From the NCBI GenBank assembly GCA_964587655.1, contig CAZPMT010000014.1, positions 4,289 to 68,288 of the forward strand: a stretch of DNA of 64,000 bases, given 5' to 3'. Position numbers and translations under genes: made by a program. Under the pieces are notes generated by a model. It did not search any database and had not been told where the DNA came from. It saw only the letters and a list, made by a program, of their open reading frames with translations. The DNA comes from an uncultured Nitrospiraceae bacterium (GTDB lineage: Bacteria; Hydrogenedentota; Hydrogenedentia; Hydrogenedentales; SLHB01). Shown piece by piece: positions 37,092 through 45,239 of the stretch (position 1 is its first letter; the number at the start of each line of letters is the position of its first letter).

Positions 37092-38585
37092 ATGACCACA
37101 CGCAAGGTCTTGCTCGTCGAGGCGGAGATGTCCCCGCTCGCGCCCGTCGGTGGCGTTGCGGAATACGTGCTGGGACTGGCGTCGGCGCTCCGGGCGAAGG
37201 CCCATGATGTCCGCGTGGCGATTCCCGCGTACGGCTATTTGCTCTCAAAGGACGGAGTGAACCGAATCGCCGAGCGGGTTGTGGTTGAACTTGGCCTTGG
37301 GGCGTCGGACATCACGGAGGTATACGAAACCGCCGTCGAGTGTCCTGGCAGGCCGGGGTTGACACTTCCGGTCTACTTGTTGGGCAATCACAAGCACTTT
37401 GCTTTGTGCCGCTCGCCCGAGGATGTATACAGTTGGCCGAATCATGAGCCTTGGATTGCGTTCTGCCGGGCCGTTATCGATTTCTTTGGGGATCCGAAAT
37501 CGGCATGGACACCGGAAGTCATCCACTGCCACGACGCGCATGCGTCGCTCGTGCCTACGTACATCAAGCACGGCCGAAATGTGGACTCGTTGAGCAGCGC
37601 ACGTTCCGTCCTAACGATTCATAACCTGTTGGCGCAGGGCGTGGGAGAGCCTGGTCTTGTCGCTTATGCCGGTCTGCCGTGGAGTCTTTTCTCGGTGGAC
37701 TGCTTCGAGTATTACGGGCAGGCGAACTCTCTGAAGGCGGGGCTCGTCTGTGCCGACGTGTCCAATGCTGTCAGTCGCACGTACGCGGAGGAGATCTGCT
37801 CAGGGCCGGATTTCGGGTTCGGACTCGAAGGTGTATTGAATGGTCTGCATCTTGCCGGGAAGCTCCACGGGATCGTCAACGGCATAGATGAGAACCGATG
37901 GCGTATGCCGGGTCTGAAGTATGACGGCAAGGACTCGCTCGACACTATTCTGGAGGCCAGGAAAGCCGCGCGCATACCTCTGTACCGCGATTGGAAATGG
38001 AAGGACGACGGCGCGCCGGTTTTGTCGTTCCGGTCTCGCTGGGACGAGCAAAAGGGCGCCCGCATCCTTGCGGAAGGCATGGATGAGATACTCGAGTTTG
38101 CACGATGCATCATCGTGGCGTGGGGAATGGCTGGCGGCAAGTCGGAACTTCAAAGGGCTTGGGAAGACCTCAACAAGCTTGCGAAGAAGCACCCGGATCG
38201 GCTTCTCATCAATCCGTCTCAGGTGATTGGCGTGGACAAAACCGCACTGCACTACACCGTGTCGGACCTCTTTCTGATGCCGTCGCGCTACGAGCCCTGC
38301 GGCTTGGCGCAGATGGAGTGCCAACGGTACGGAGTGATCCCCATCGTGCGCAAGACGGGCGGACTTGCCGACACCGTTTCTGAAATGAAGACAGATCGGT
38401 TTCCGTCGCCGAACGGATTCTTGTTCGAGGAGTTTCTCACGGCGCGCGAAATGGTCGCGGCGACCCGCAGGGCAGTCAGTGCGTTCCAGGACAAAGCCGC
38501 GCTCAAGCGTCTTGTGCAGAACGCTTTGCTCCAAAAGAACTCGTGGGACACGCGCGTCAAGCAGTACGAAGACCTCTACCGTTAG
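37092..38585 (+). CDS. GT5-family glycosyltransferase (glycogen/starch-synthase-like)
   Basis: C-terminal 'VRKTGGLADTV' KTGGL motif and 'LFLMPSRYEPCGLAQMECQRYGVIPIV' GT-B signature. The N-terminal 'KTGGL' is degenerate ('PVGGVAEY'). AAGGAG RBS upstream of the ATG at 37092. Confidence 0.7.
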   Translation: MTTRKVLLVEAEMSPLAPVGGVAEYVLGLASALRAKAHDVRVAIPAYGYLLSKDGVNRIAERVVVELGLGASDITEVYETAVECPGRPGLTLPVYLLGNHKHFALCRSPEDVYSWPNHEPWIAFCRAVIDFFGDPKSAWTPEVIHCHDAHASLVPTYIKHGRNVDSLSSARSVLTIHNLLAQGVGEPGLVAYAGLPWSLFSVDCFEYYGQANSLKAGLVCADVSNAVSRTYAEEICSGPDFGFGLEGVLNGLHLAGKLHGIVNGIDENRWRMPGLKYDGKDSLDTILEARKAARIPLYRDWKWKDDGAPVLSFRSRWDEQKGARILAEGMDEILEFARCIIVAWGMAGGKSELQRAWEDLNKLAKKHPDRLLINPSQVIGVDKTALHYTVSDLFLMPSRYEPCGLAQMECQRYGVIPIVRKTGGLADTVSEMKTDRFPSPNGFLFEEFLTAREMVAATRRAVSAFQDKAALKRLVQNALLQKNSWDTRVKQYEDLYR

Positions 38586-38601
38586 GGCAAAGGCGTTACT
38601 G

Positions 38602-39573
38602 ATGGGATCGCTTTTCGGGACTCGCATTGAACCGTCGCGGATCTGCCTGGGAACAGGCTCGTTCGGATCGGAGATCAGCAAGAATGACAGCTTCGCGGTG
38701 CTCGATGCATTTGTCGAAGCCGGCGGAAACTTCCTTGACACGGCGCACATATACGCTGCGTGGATCCAGGACGGCTGGGGCGCCAGCGAACGAACCGTGG
38801 GCGAATGGCTGCGCGTCCACGGCGCGCGCGACCAGGTGATCCTTGCAACAAAAGGGGGACACCCGCCCCTGAACAACATGGCGCTGGGGCGCTGTTCGCG
38901 CGCGTGCATCGAGCAGGATCTGAACGAGAGCCTCGATCGCCTCAGCGTTGAATCCGTCGACCTCTACTGGCTGCATCGTGATGATCCCGATCTCTCCCCA
39001 GGCGAGATAGTCGAGACGCTTGCGTCCATCGCGCGCGAAGGGCGCATCGGTTGTTACGGCGCCTCCAACTGGGTCCCGTCGCGCATCGAGGCCGCAAACG
39101 CCTACGCCGCGGCGCACGGTCTCCCGCCGTTTGTGGCGAGCCAACCGGGATGGGCCTTGGCGGATCAGGAAACGGACAAGACCTCGCCGTCGCCCATGCT
39201 CTATCTGGACGAGTCGATGCGGCAGTGGCACGTCCGTACGGGATTCCCGCTCGTCGCTTACTCGTCGCAGGCCTGCGGTTTTTTCGGCGTGGACAACGTC
39301 GGCTGGGCGCGCACGGGATGCGTCGGACCAATTCCGAAACGAAAGGCATACGACACACCCGCGAACCGGAGCCGCCTTCTCAAGGCCATCGAGCTTGCAG
39401 ACGACAAAGGCGTAACGGCAAATCAGATCGCCCTCGCTTATCTCTTGAGCCAACCGTTTCCGGTCTTTGCAATCATCGGAACCGGAAGACCCGAACACGC
39501 GCGCGAGGCGCTCGCGGCGTCATCACTCAGACTTTCGGAAGCGGAATGCGCTTCTCTGCGCGAGGCTTCTTGA
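38602..39573 (+). CDS. Aldo/keto reductase
   Basis: 'ICLGTGSFG...GGNFLDTAHIYA...SERTVGEWL...ILATKGG...VDLYWLHRDDP...GCYGASNW' AKR motifs. Confidence 0.85.
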   Translation: MGSLFGTRIEPSRICLGTGSFGSEISKNDSFAVLDAFVEAGGNFLDTAHIYAAWIQDGWGASERTVGEWLRVHGARDQVILATKGGHPPLNNMALGRCSRACIEQDLNESLDRLSVESVDLYWLHRDDPDLSPGEIVETLASIAREGRIGCYGASNWVPSRIEAANAYAAAHGLPPFVASQPGWALADQETDKTSPSPMLYLDESMRQWHVRTGFPLVAYSSQACGFFGVDNVGWARTGCVGPIPKRKAYDTPANRSRLLKAIELADDKGVTANQIALAYLLSQPFPVFAIIGTGRPEHAREALAASSLRLSEAECASLREAS

Positions 39574-39627
39574 CGCTTTCGCGCTAACCCTGACCCCAAG
39601 ATCTCAACCCAACACCCGAAACCCTCT

Positions 39628-39690
39628 TTGTGTCTTTGTGTCTCCGTGTGAGAAAGAATGGCCTCACACAAAGGCACAAAGACGCAAAGA
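39628..39690. repeat. REP-like imperfect palindromic hairpin (copy A) flanking the GxxExxY gene
   Basis: CTCTTTGTGTCTTTGTGTCTCCGTGTGAGAAAGAATGGCCTCACACAAAGGCACAAAGACGCAAAGAG. Confidence 0.6.
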
Positions 39691-39691
39691 G

Positions 39692-40075
39692 CTAATCGAC
39701 TTCCCCGTTGATGATACGATTGATTCCGTCTTTCATCAGGGCCTCCCCGAAATTGAGTAGATAGCCCAGCTTCAGTCCAGTCAGGCGCAAATAGGTCAAC
39801 ACCTGCTTCTGATGCGCCTTCGTGACTTTCTCCACGGATTTCAACTCCAACAGGACCTTACCCTCGACAATGATGTCGGCGCGAAAACCCTCATCGAATC
39901 TGATCCCGCGCAACTCGATGGGGATCGGGACCTGCCTCTCCACGCGCAAACCACGGGCCTCAAGATCGTGCGCCAGCACCACCTCATAGACGATCTCCAA
40001 TAACCCAGGGCCAGTTTCCCTATGCAATGACACAGCACAATCAACTACAATGGCCCCAATCTCGTTTGCCGTCAT
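39692..40075 (-). CDS. GxxExxY protein (PD-(D/E)xK nuclease-fold family)
   Basis: Named motif 'LNFGEAL', and 'DIIVEGKVLLELKSVEK' is D-x(n)-E-x-K-like. Length 127 aa is typical of the family. Confidence 0.7.
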   Translation of the reverse strand: MTANEIGAIVVDCAVSLHRETGPGLLEIVYEVVLAHDLEARGLRVERQVPIPIELRGIRFDEGFRADIIVEGKVLLELKSVEKVTKAHQKQVLTYLRLTGLKLGYLLNFGEALMKDGINRIINGEVD

Positions 40076-40082
40076 CTTTTGG

Positions 40083-40150
40083 CGTCCTCTTTGTGTCTTC
40101 GTGTCTTTGTGTGAGTCTATTCTTTCTCACACGGAGACACAAAGACACGG
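40083..40150. repeat. REP-like imperfect palindromic hairpin (copy B), related to copy A
   Basis: CGTCCTCTTTGTGTCTTCGTGTCTTTGTGTGAGTCTATTCTTTCTCACACGGAGACACAAAGACACGGAGAGC. Confidence 0.6.
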
Positions 40151-40228
40151 AGAGCCACGCCTGAATCCAGTTGCCCAAGGCGTACTTGCAGTCGCGCGGC
40201 AACTTGTTCAGCCGACGCACCCAGCGAC

Positions 40229-40474
40229 TTATCGTGGAATAGTGGATGCCAAGATCAGTCCGCGATCTCCCTCATCTTCTCCCAACAGACGCAAGAACCC
40301 ATCCCGATCCCCGTCATCCCCGAACAGCGCCTCACGTCCGTCTCCCCGCCACGTAACATGATACAGCGCACCCCCGTGCTCTATCCTCAATTGTCTAGCC
40401 ACCTGCACCCGGTCCAATTCGTAGTCTGTCCCGGATCTCCGGATGTCCGCCCGGTTGTGCGAAATAGATGTCAC
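40229..40474 (-). pseudogene. N-terminal fragment (about 80 aa) of an IS200/RAYT-like Y1 (HUH) transposase, truncated before the HUH motif
   Basis: 'GALYHVTWRGDGREALFGDDGDRDGFLRLL' matches the Y1-transposase N-terminal strand 'YHV..RGN.R..IF.DD.DR..FL..L'. The downstream alternative frame reads 'LGIHYSTISRWVRRL', an HTH-like scrap. Confidence 0.45.
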
Positions 40475-40528
40475 CTATTTGCCTATTCTTGGAGAATTGC
40501 ATCGCGGATTTCCCGGCAATCTCAGATC

Positions 40529-41206
40529 TCAGAAGACAAGCCCGAAGGCAATCTCCAAATTCGACTTGAACCGTCGCCAGCCCACAGGGGGCACGGTGGC
40601 AATAGTCAGCTTGCCGGTTCTGCTGCTGGCATCAACGATGTCGAAGACGGGATAACGATTCTTGCCGATGATGAGATCGCAGAAACGAACGACTCCGTCG
40701 TAGACCTCCCTGTCGGTCTCGTCACTCACGTCCGACAAGGGACGGAAGCGAATGACCGTATCACGTGTGATCTGCAGAGGACCTCCCAGAAAACTCGCCT
40801 TGTACGTGCCGGACTTCTCTCTCTGTATACCAATCGCACTATGCTCGTAACGCAATCCTGTGATGAACAACTCAGTATCTACGATTCTGCACGGCCCCGC
40901 ACTATTCGGACGTAGAAACTCAGGCCGAGCGATGATGTCTGGTCTATCGTGCAGTTCCACACCGACTGATGTTCCCTCCAGCACAACCAGATCCGCCTTC
41001 CGCCGTGATTCTTGGGGGAAATCGACGAAGAACAGGAGCAGTAATCCCGCTATGACGAGGTAGAACTTCCAGTTCCGCCACAGCGGGACCGGAGGAGGGA
41101 TTTTGGTGTTGAGTTCAGTCAAGGCTTTCTCTATCCGCTGAACTGACTGTATCAACGAGTCCTCACCGTGTTGGGATACCGATTTCTCTATACGGATATC
41201 TTCCAT
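40529..41206 (-). CDS. Hypothetical single-TM protein (225 aa), visibly AT-richer than the surrounding genes
   Basis: One predicted helix 'FYLVIAGLLLLFFV'; no recognisable domain. Confidence 0.5.
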   Translation of the reverse strand: MEDIRIEKSVSQHGEDSLIQSVQRIEKALTELNTKIPPPVPLWRNWKFYLVIAGLLLLFFVDFPQESRRKADLVVLEGTSVGVELHDRPDIIARPEFLRPNSAGPCRIVDTELFITGLRYEHSAIGIQREKSGTYKASFLGGPLQITRDTVIRFRPLSDVSDETDREVYDGVVRFCDLIIGKNRYPVFDIVDASSRTGKLTIATVPPVGWRRFKSNLEIAFGLVF

Positions 41207-41356
41207 TCCCTTGTCTCCTTGTATCTCACGGGAATCGACTGTTCAGAGCCCAACTTCCGCTTGCATGGCCTGCAGACAAAACAGAATACGCAAGCCTACC
41301 ACAAGGATTGCAGTATCGCAAGATCTGATCCTGCGGCCTTCCGCTATGCTTCATGC

Positions 41357-43339
41357 CTACCGAAAGCGCCAGATTTGGGCGGTGTCTTGTTTCAGCGTGA
41401 GCGGAAGCCCTGCGGATAGCTCCGCACCGGACTTGGTCGATTCCGCGCCGGTGATGAGTTCTTTGAGGAGGTATTGCTTCGCGTCGTCGAGACCGCGCAG
41501 TTTGACCGAAGCGGCGTCGTAGGGGGATTGGCCGGGGCGGTAGACTAGCAGGAAACCTTCGTGGGTTGCGGGATCTATGAACTGCCAGCCGCACCACTCC
41601 TGGCTTCTCTTGGATTGGTCGAACAGGGGATAGTAGTCCTCGTTCAGAAAACGGCGGGCCGTTTTGTAGGCGTCAACGGTTTGCCGAATAGTCTGTTTCT
41701 GGTCCGTGGATAGCGTGCGGAAATCGACGCCGAATCCGAGTGGGCCGGCACAGAGAGAAAGGAGTTCGGCCTGGTTCCGGTAGCGGCAATTGTTGGTGTT
41801 GAGGCAACCGCCGAGCAGGAAATAGTTGGCGCCGATCTCGTGGAACCGCATCAAGGGCTGGTCGAAGGTATCATCGCTTTTCCAGTACGTATGGCCGCGC
41901 CGGATCGTCTCGATGTCTATTCGCCGGCCTCCGCTGGAACACTGCTCGATGAGCAGGTTGGGGTGGCGGCGCATAAGTTCGTCAAGGAGCAGATACAGGC
42001 CGTTGATATAGCGAATCTGACGTAGGCCCTGTTCCTCCGCGGCTTCGCTCTGAACCCAGGCGTCCAGAGGATCGATGTTGAAGTCGTAGCGGATCCAATC
42101 GACGCCCACTTCGGTAATGGTGGAATCCATCATCGAGAGGACAATGTCGCGCGCCTCTTGCTTTCCCAAGTCGAGCAGGTTGTTCTTGAGTAGGAGGCCG
42201 GGATGCTCCTTCTGCCAGCGAGTACCATCGGCAACGCGTTCGGGTTCGAACCACAATCCGAATTTCATCCCGAGGGCGTGTACATGGTCCGCGACGGGTT
42301 TGAGACCATTGGGAAACTTCTCTTTGCTGATGGTCCAGTTGCCGACGCCGTTTGGGAAGTCACCGTCGAACCATCCGGCATCCAGGCAGAAGTACTCGAT
42401 GCCCAATGGCGCGGCTTCACCGGCAAGTTCCTTCAGCATCTGTTCATTGACCCGGTTATCGAACACAAACCATGAGTTGAAGGAAACCGGCGGCAGCACG
42501 GGCTGGCCGCCAAGCCGGGCCTGGTAGTGTGAATGCAGCACGCGCCTGAGGGCATTTGCGCCCGCAAGGACGTCGCCTTCGAAGGGCACGAACAGCGCCG
42601 AGGGCAACAAAACCGTTTCACCGGGAGGAAGCCTGAAGTTTACAGGGTCCATTCCAGCCTCGAATGCCACTTCGTTGGCTTGCGGCTCGAATCTGCCGTG
42701 GGCGCGCCATTGACCGGACCAACCGAGCGCGGCGGCAAGACCACGGCCGCCCTGAAGGTTGGTGAGGATGTAGAACGGCAGGTCTCCGTTGCTGGACCGC
42801 CCTCCGGATACGGTGAGCTTCTTCTCGCCCAACGGGGTCTGGCAGAGTTCGAATCCGGTCCTTTCGTTGCTCCCCGAAAGGTTGCCTGTCAGACCTCCTG
42901 AACAAGAAGTGAGAGTCGCCTGGTGGTCGCTCGCCGGACAGCGGAAGTCAATGCTGCGTACAGCGGTGATGAGGCCGCTTGGCGCACTCCCTTTGTTTTC
43001 AAATCGCCATTGAAATTCGACGGCGGGGACGCGATCGAGCACGGTGATGTCGAGCGTGGCGCTGAAACCGCTTTCCGGCTCACGCCACGTGCTCGCGTAC
43101 CGAGTTCCTCCAGGAACAACCGCAGGCGTCGCGTCTTCGCGTGGCCAGTCCTGAAATAGCTGCCAGCAGTTGCGTCCGCCATAATCGAATGATGCCGGGA
43201 TTGACGCAAAGAGATTTGATGCTAACGCATCGCCGATGTGGAGGTCCTTCCAGTTTACCATGGCGCTACCTGTCTCCGAAGGAGGTGTATTCGTTGCGGC
43301 GACTCCCATCAGAAGCCCACATATGAACGGACAAAACAT
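41357..43339 (-). CDS. GH36-family alpha-galactosidase
   Basis: 'IEYFCLDAGWFDG' and 'MKFGLWFEPERV' are GH36 catalytic-region signatures. Also 'CSSGGRRID'. Confidence 0.8.
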   Translation of the reverse strand: MFCPFICGLLMGVAATNTPPSETGSAMVNWKDLHIGDALASNLFASIPASFDYGGRNCWQLFQDWPREDATPAVVPGGTRYASTWREPESGFSATLDITVLDRVPAVEFQWRFENKGSAPSGLITAVRSIDFRCPASDHQATLTSCSGGLTGNLSGSNERTGFELCQTPLGEKKLTVSGGRSSNGDLPFYILTNLQGGRGLAAALGWSGQWRAHGRFEPQANEVAFEAGMDPVNFRLPPGETVLLPSALFVPFEGDVLAGANALRRVLHSHYQARLGGQPVLPPVSFNSWFVFDNRVNEQMLKELAGEAAPLGIEYFCLDAGWFDGDFPNGVGNWTISKEKFPNGLKPVADHVHALGMKFGLWFEPERVADGTRWQKEHPGLLLKNNLLDLGKQEARDIVLSMMDSTITEVGVDWIRYDFNIDPLDAWVQSEAAEEQGLRQIRYINGLYLLLDELMRRHPNLLIEQCSSGGRRIDIETIRRGHTYWKSDDTFDQPLMRFHEIGANYFLLGGCLNTNNCRYRNQAELLSLCAGPLGFGVDFRTLSTDQKQTIRQTVDAYKTARRFLNEDYYPLFDQSKRSQEWCGWQFIDPATHEGFLLVYRPGQSPYDAASVKLRGLDDAKQYLLKELITGAESTKSGAELSAGLPLTLKQDTAQIWRFR

Positions 43340-43486
43340 GCCTACTCCTCCGCTTCTTTCTGAACGCGCACCAATATAACCGTGATTGCAGCTTCCCTAC
43401 TTCGTCATCATGGGCGAAATGACGGTTGTTTTCAACCTGGATTCCGCAATTCGATCCGATTGGGCTTGTCCAACTGATGGACGGGA

Positions 43487-43522
43487 TGGACGCTGTGGAC
43501 AGAATGGACGTAACCGCGCAGG
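43487..43522. promoter_or_regulatory. Four direct repeats of ATGGACG at 10-bp spacing, upstream of the GH36 gene
   Basis: ctgATGGACGg gATGGACGc tgTGGACAg aATGGACGt. Confidence 0.4.
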
Positions 43523-43586
43523 TGAGTATTTTCGGTGTCTATGTCGTCCATAAAGTCCATGCCGTGTCCAGCCCTGACGCGTCGCT

Positions 43587-45200
43587 TTAGTCAAGCGGCG
43601 CGGAATCCTGCGTCCAGACGGTGAGGTTGGTGAGGTCGCGGGGATGACGCGGGAGTACGGCGGCGAGGAAGAACCCGGCCGCAAACGTGACGATGTTCCC
43701 GACGACACCGGTGTAGTAGGTATCGAAGTGGCGATCAAGGACGCGGATCATGTTTTCCGGAAGCCAGCCGAGGCCGGCCAGGGAGATGAACGCGGAGAAG
43801 GCTACGGCGAAGAGGATGCCGACGCCGACGGCGCGGCCATCGCCTCGGGTTGTGAAGAACCCGAGCATGTACAAGCCCAGCAGACCACCTGCAATGATGG
43901 CCGCGAATTCCGTGGAGAGGTGTTGCAGCGTTTTCGTTTCGGAGCGCGCGAGAAGGCAAGCGCCGCCGATCATGATCGCGGAACTGACTACGGTGGTCCA
44001 TTTCGCGGCTATGACGTAATGGCGGTCGTCGCGGTTGCGGACGAGGTGGCGCCTGTAGACGTCGGTGATGCTCACGGCGGAGATCGAGTTCATGGCGGAG
44101 GACATCGAGGACATCGCCGCGGCGAGCACCGCGGCAATGACTATGCCGGACAACCCCTGCGGCAGGTGGGTTGTGATGAAATAGGGAAGGATTCCTTCAG
44201 CCTTCTTGGCGCCGGTGAGCATGGCGAAGGCGTCGGCGTCCGGAAAGACCTTGTAGAACGCGTACAGGCTCGTGCCAAGGAACATGAAATAGGCCCAGGT
44301 CGGTACGGAGCAGCAACAGCAGATCCACATGGCTGTTCGTGCGTCTTTGGCGGACTTCGATGCGCAGTATTTCTGAATGACTTCCTGGTTGCTGCTGTAT
44401 TCGGCTAGCCATTGGAACAGACCCACCAGGAGCATCATCGCGATCGTCTTGTGCGCGAGCGAGAAGCCCCACGGCGCGGGATGCAACTTGCCGTCGGCCA
44501 CGTTGAGGTCGCCAAACATGAACTTGCCGTCCGTCTTGGCGATGGTAATGACCTGTCCAATTCCGCCGGGCATCTTGATCAGAATCACGACGAGGATCAA
44601 CAAACCGCCCAGGGTCAAGACGACGGATTGGACGAAATCCGTCCAAATTACCGCGTGAATCCCGCCCACGACAGTGTAGTACGCAGTGACGACGCCGCCC
44701 AGAAGAATACAGAACACGACGTTCAAGCCGGTGATCTCGTGCATCAGCAGGGCCACGAGATACTGGATCAGGCTCAGACGGATGCACTGGGCGAGGATGA
44801 ACACCGTCGCGGCGTACACGCGCGTCTTCGGTCCGAACCGTCCTTCGAGATACTCGAAGGCCGATGTGATCTTGCCGCGGCGGAAGAACGGCACGAAGAA
44901 TCGCGACGCAATCAGAACGCCGACGGGCAGCATCAGGCAGATCAGCAGGCGGAGGTATGCGGTCTTGTACGCATCCGCGGGATAGGCCACAAACGTGATC
45001 GAACTGATCGTCGCGCCGAACAGCGAGATCCCGATAAGCCAGCCGGGATACGCGCGGTCACCTACGAAATAGCCTTCCGTGCTCTTCGCGCGGCTGGCAA
45101 AGTACCAGCCCATCAGCGTCATAGAGCCGAAGTAGACGATGAGGACCAAGATGTCAAGTGTGCGCAAGTGAACCATGAGTAAGGTGACCGGATTCCGCAT
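43587..45200 (-). CDS. Sodium:solute symporter (SSF family)
   Basis: Thirteen or more TM helices. 'YFVGDR...GWLIGISLFGATISSITFV' and 'GGIHAVIWTDFVQ' are SSF-typical. Confidence 0.85.
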   Translation of the reverse strand: MRNPVTLLMVHLRTLDILVLIVYFGSMTLMGWYFASRAKSTEGYFVGDRAYPGWLIGISLFGATISSITFVAYPADAYKTAYLRLLICLMLPVGVLIASRFFVPFFRRGKITSAFEYLEGRFGPKTRVYAATVFILAQCIRLSLIQYLVALLMHEITGLNVVFCILLGGVVTAYYTVVGGIHAVIWTDFVQSVVLTLGGLLILVVILIKMPGGIGQVITIAKTDGKFMFGDLNVADGKLHPAPWGFSLAHKTIAMMLLVGLFQWLAEYSSNQEVIQKYCASKSAKDARTAMWICCCCSVPTWAYFMFLGTSLYAFYKVFPDADAFAMLTGAKKAEGILPYFITTHLPQGLSGIVIAAVLAAAMSSMSSAMNSISAVSITDVYRRHLVRNRDDRHYVIAAKWTTVVSSAIMIGGACLLARSETKTLQHLSTEFAAIIAGGLLGLYMLGFFTTRGDGRAVGVGILFAVAFSAFISLAGLGWLPENMIRVLDRHFDTYYTGVVGNIVTFAAGFFLAAVLPRHPRDLTNLTVWTQDSAPLD

Positions 45201-45239
45201 CCCATAGTCGCACGAATCGGGGGTTCGCCGCTACCGTGG

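Noticed and set aside
40050-40361. 103-aa + strand ORF overlapping the REP hairpin and the transposase stub.
   Set aside because: It runs through a palindrome, is Ser/Pro/Arg-rich, has no RBS and is antisense to the recognisable Y1 fragment.
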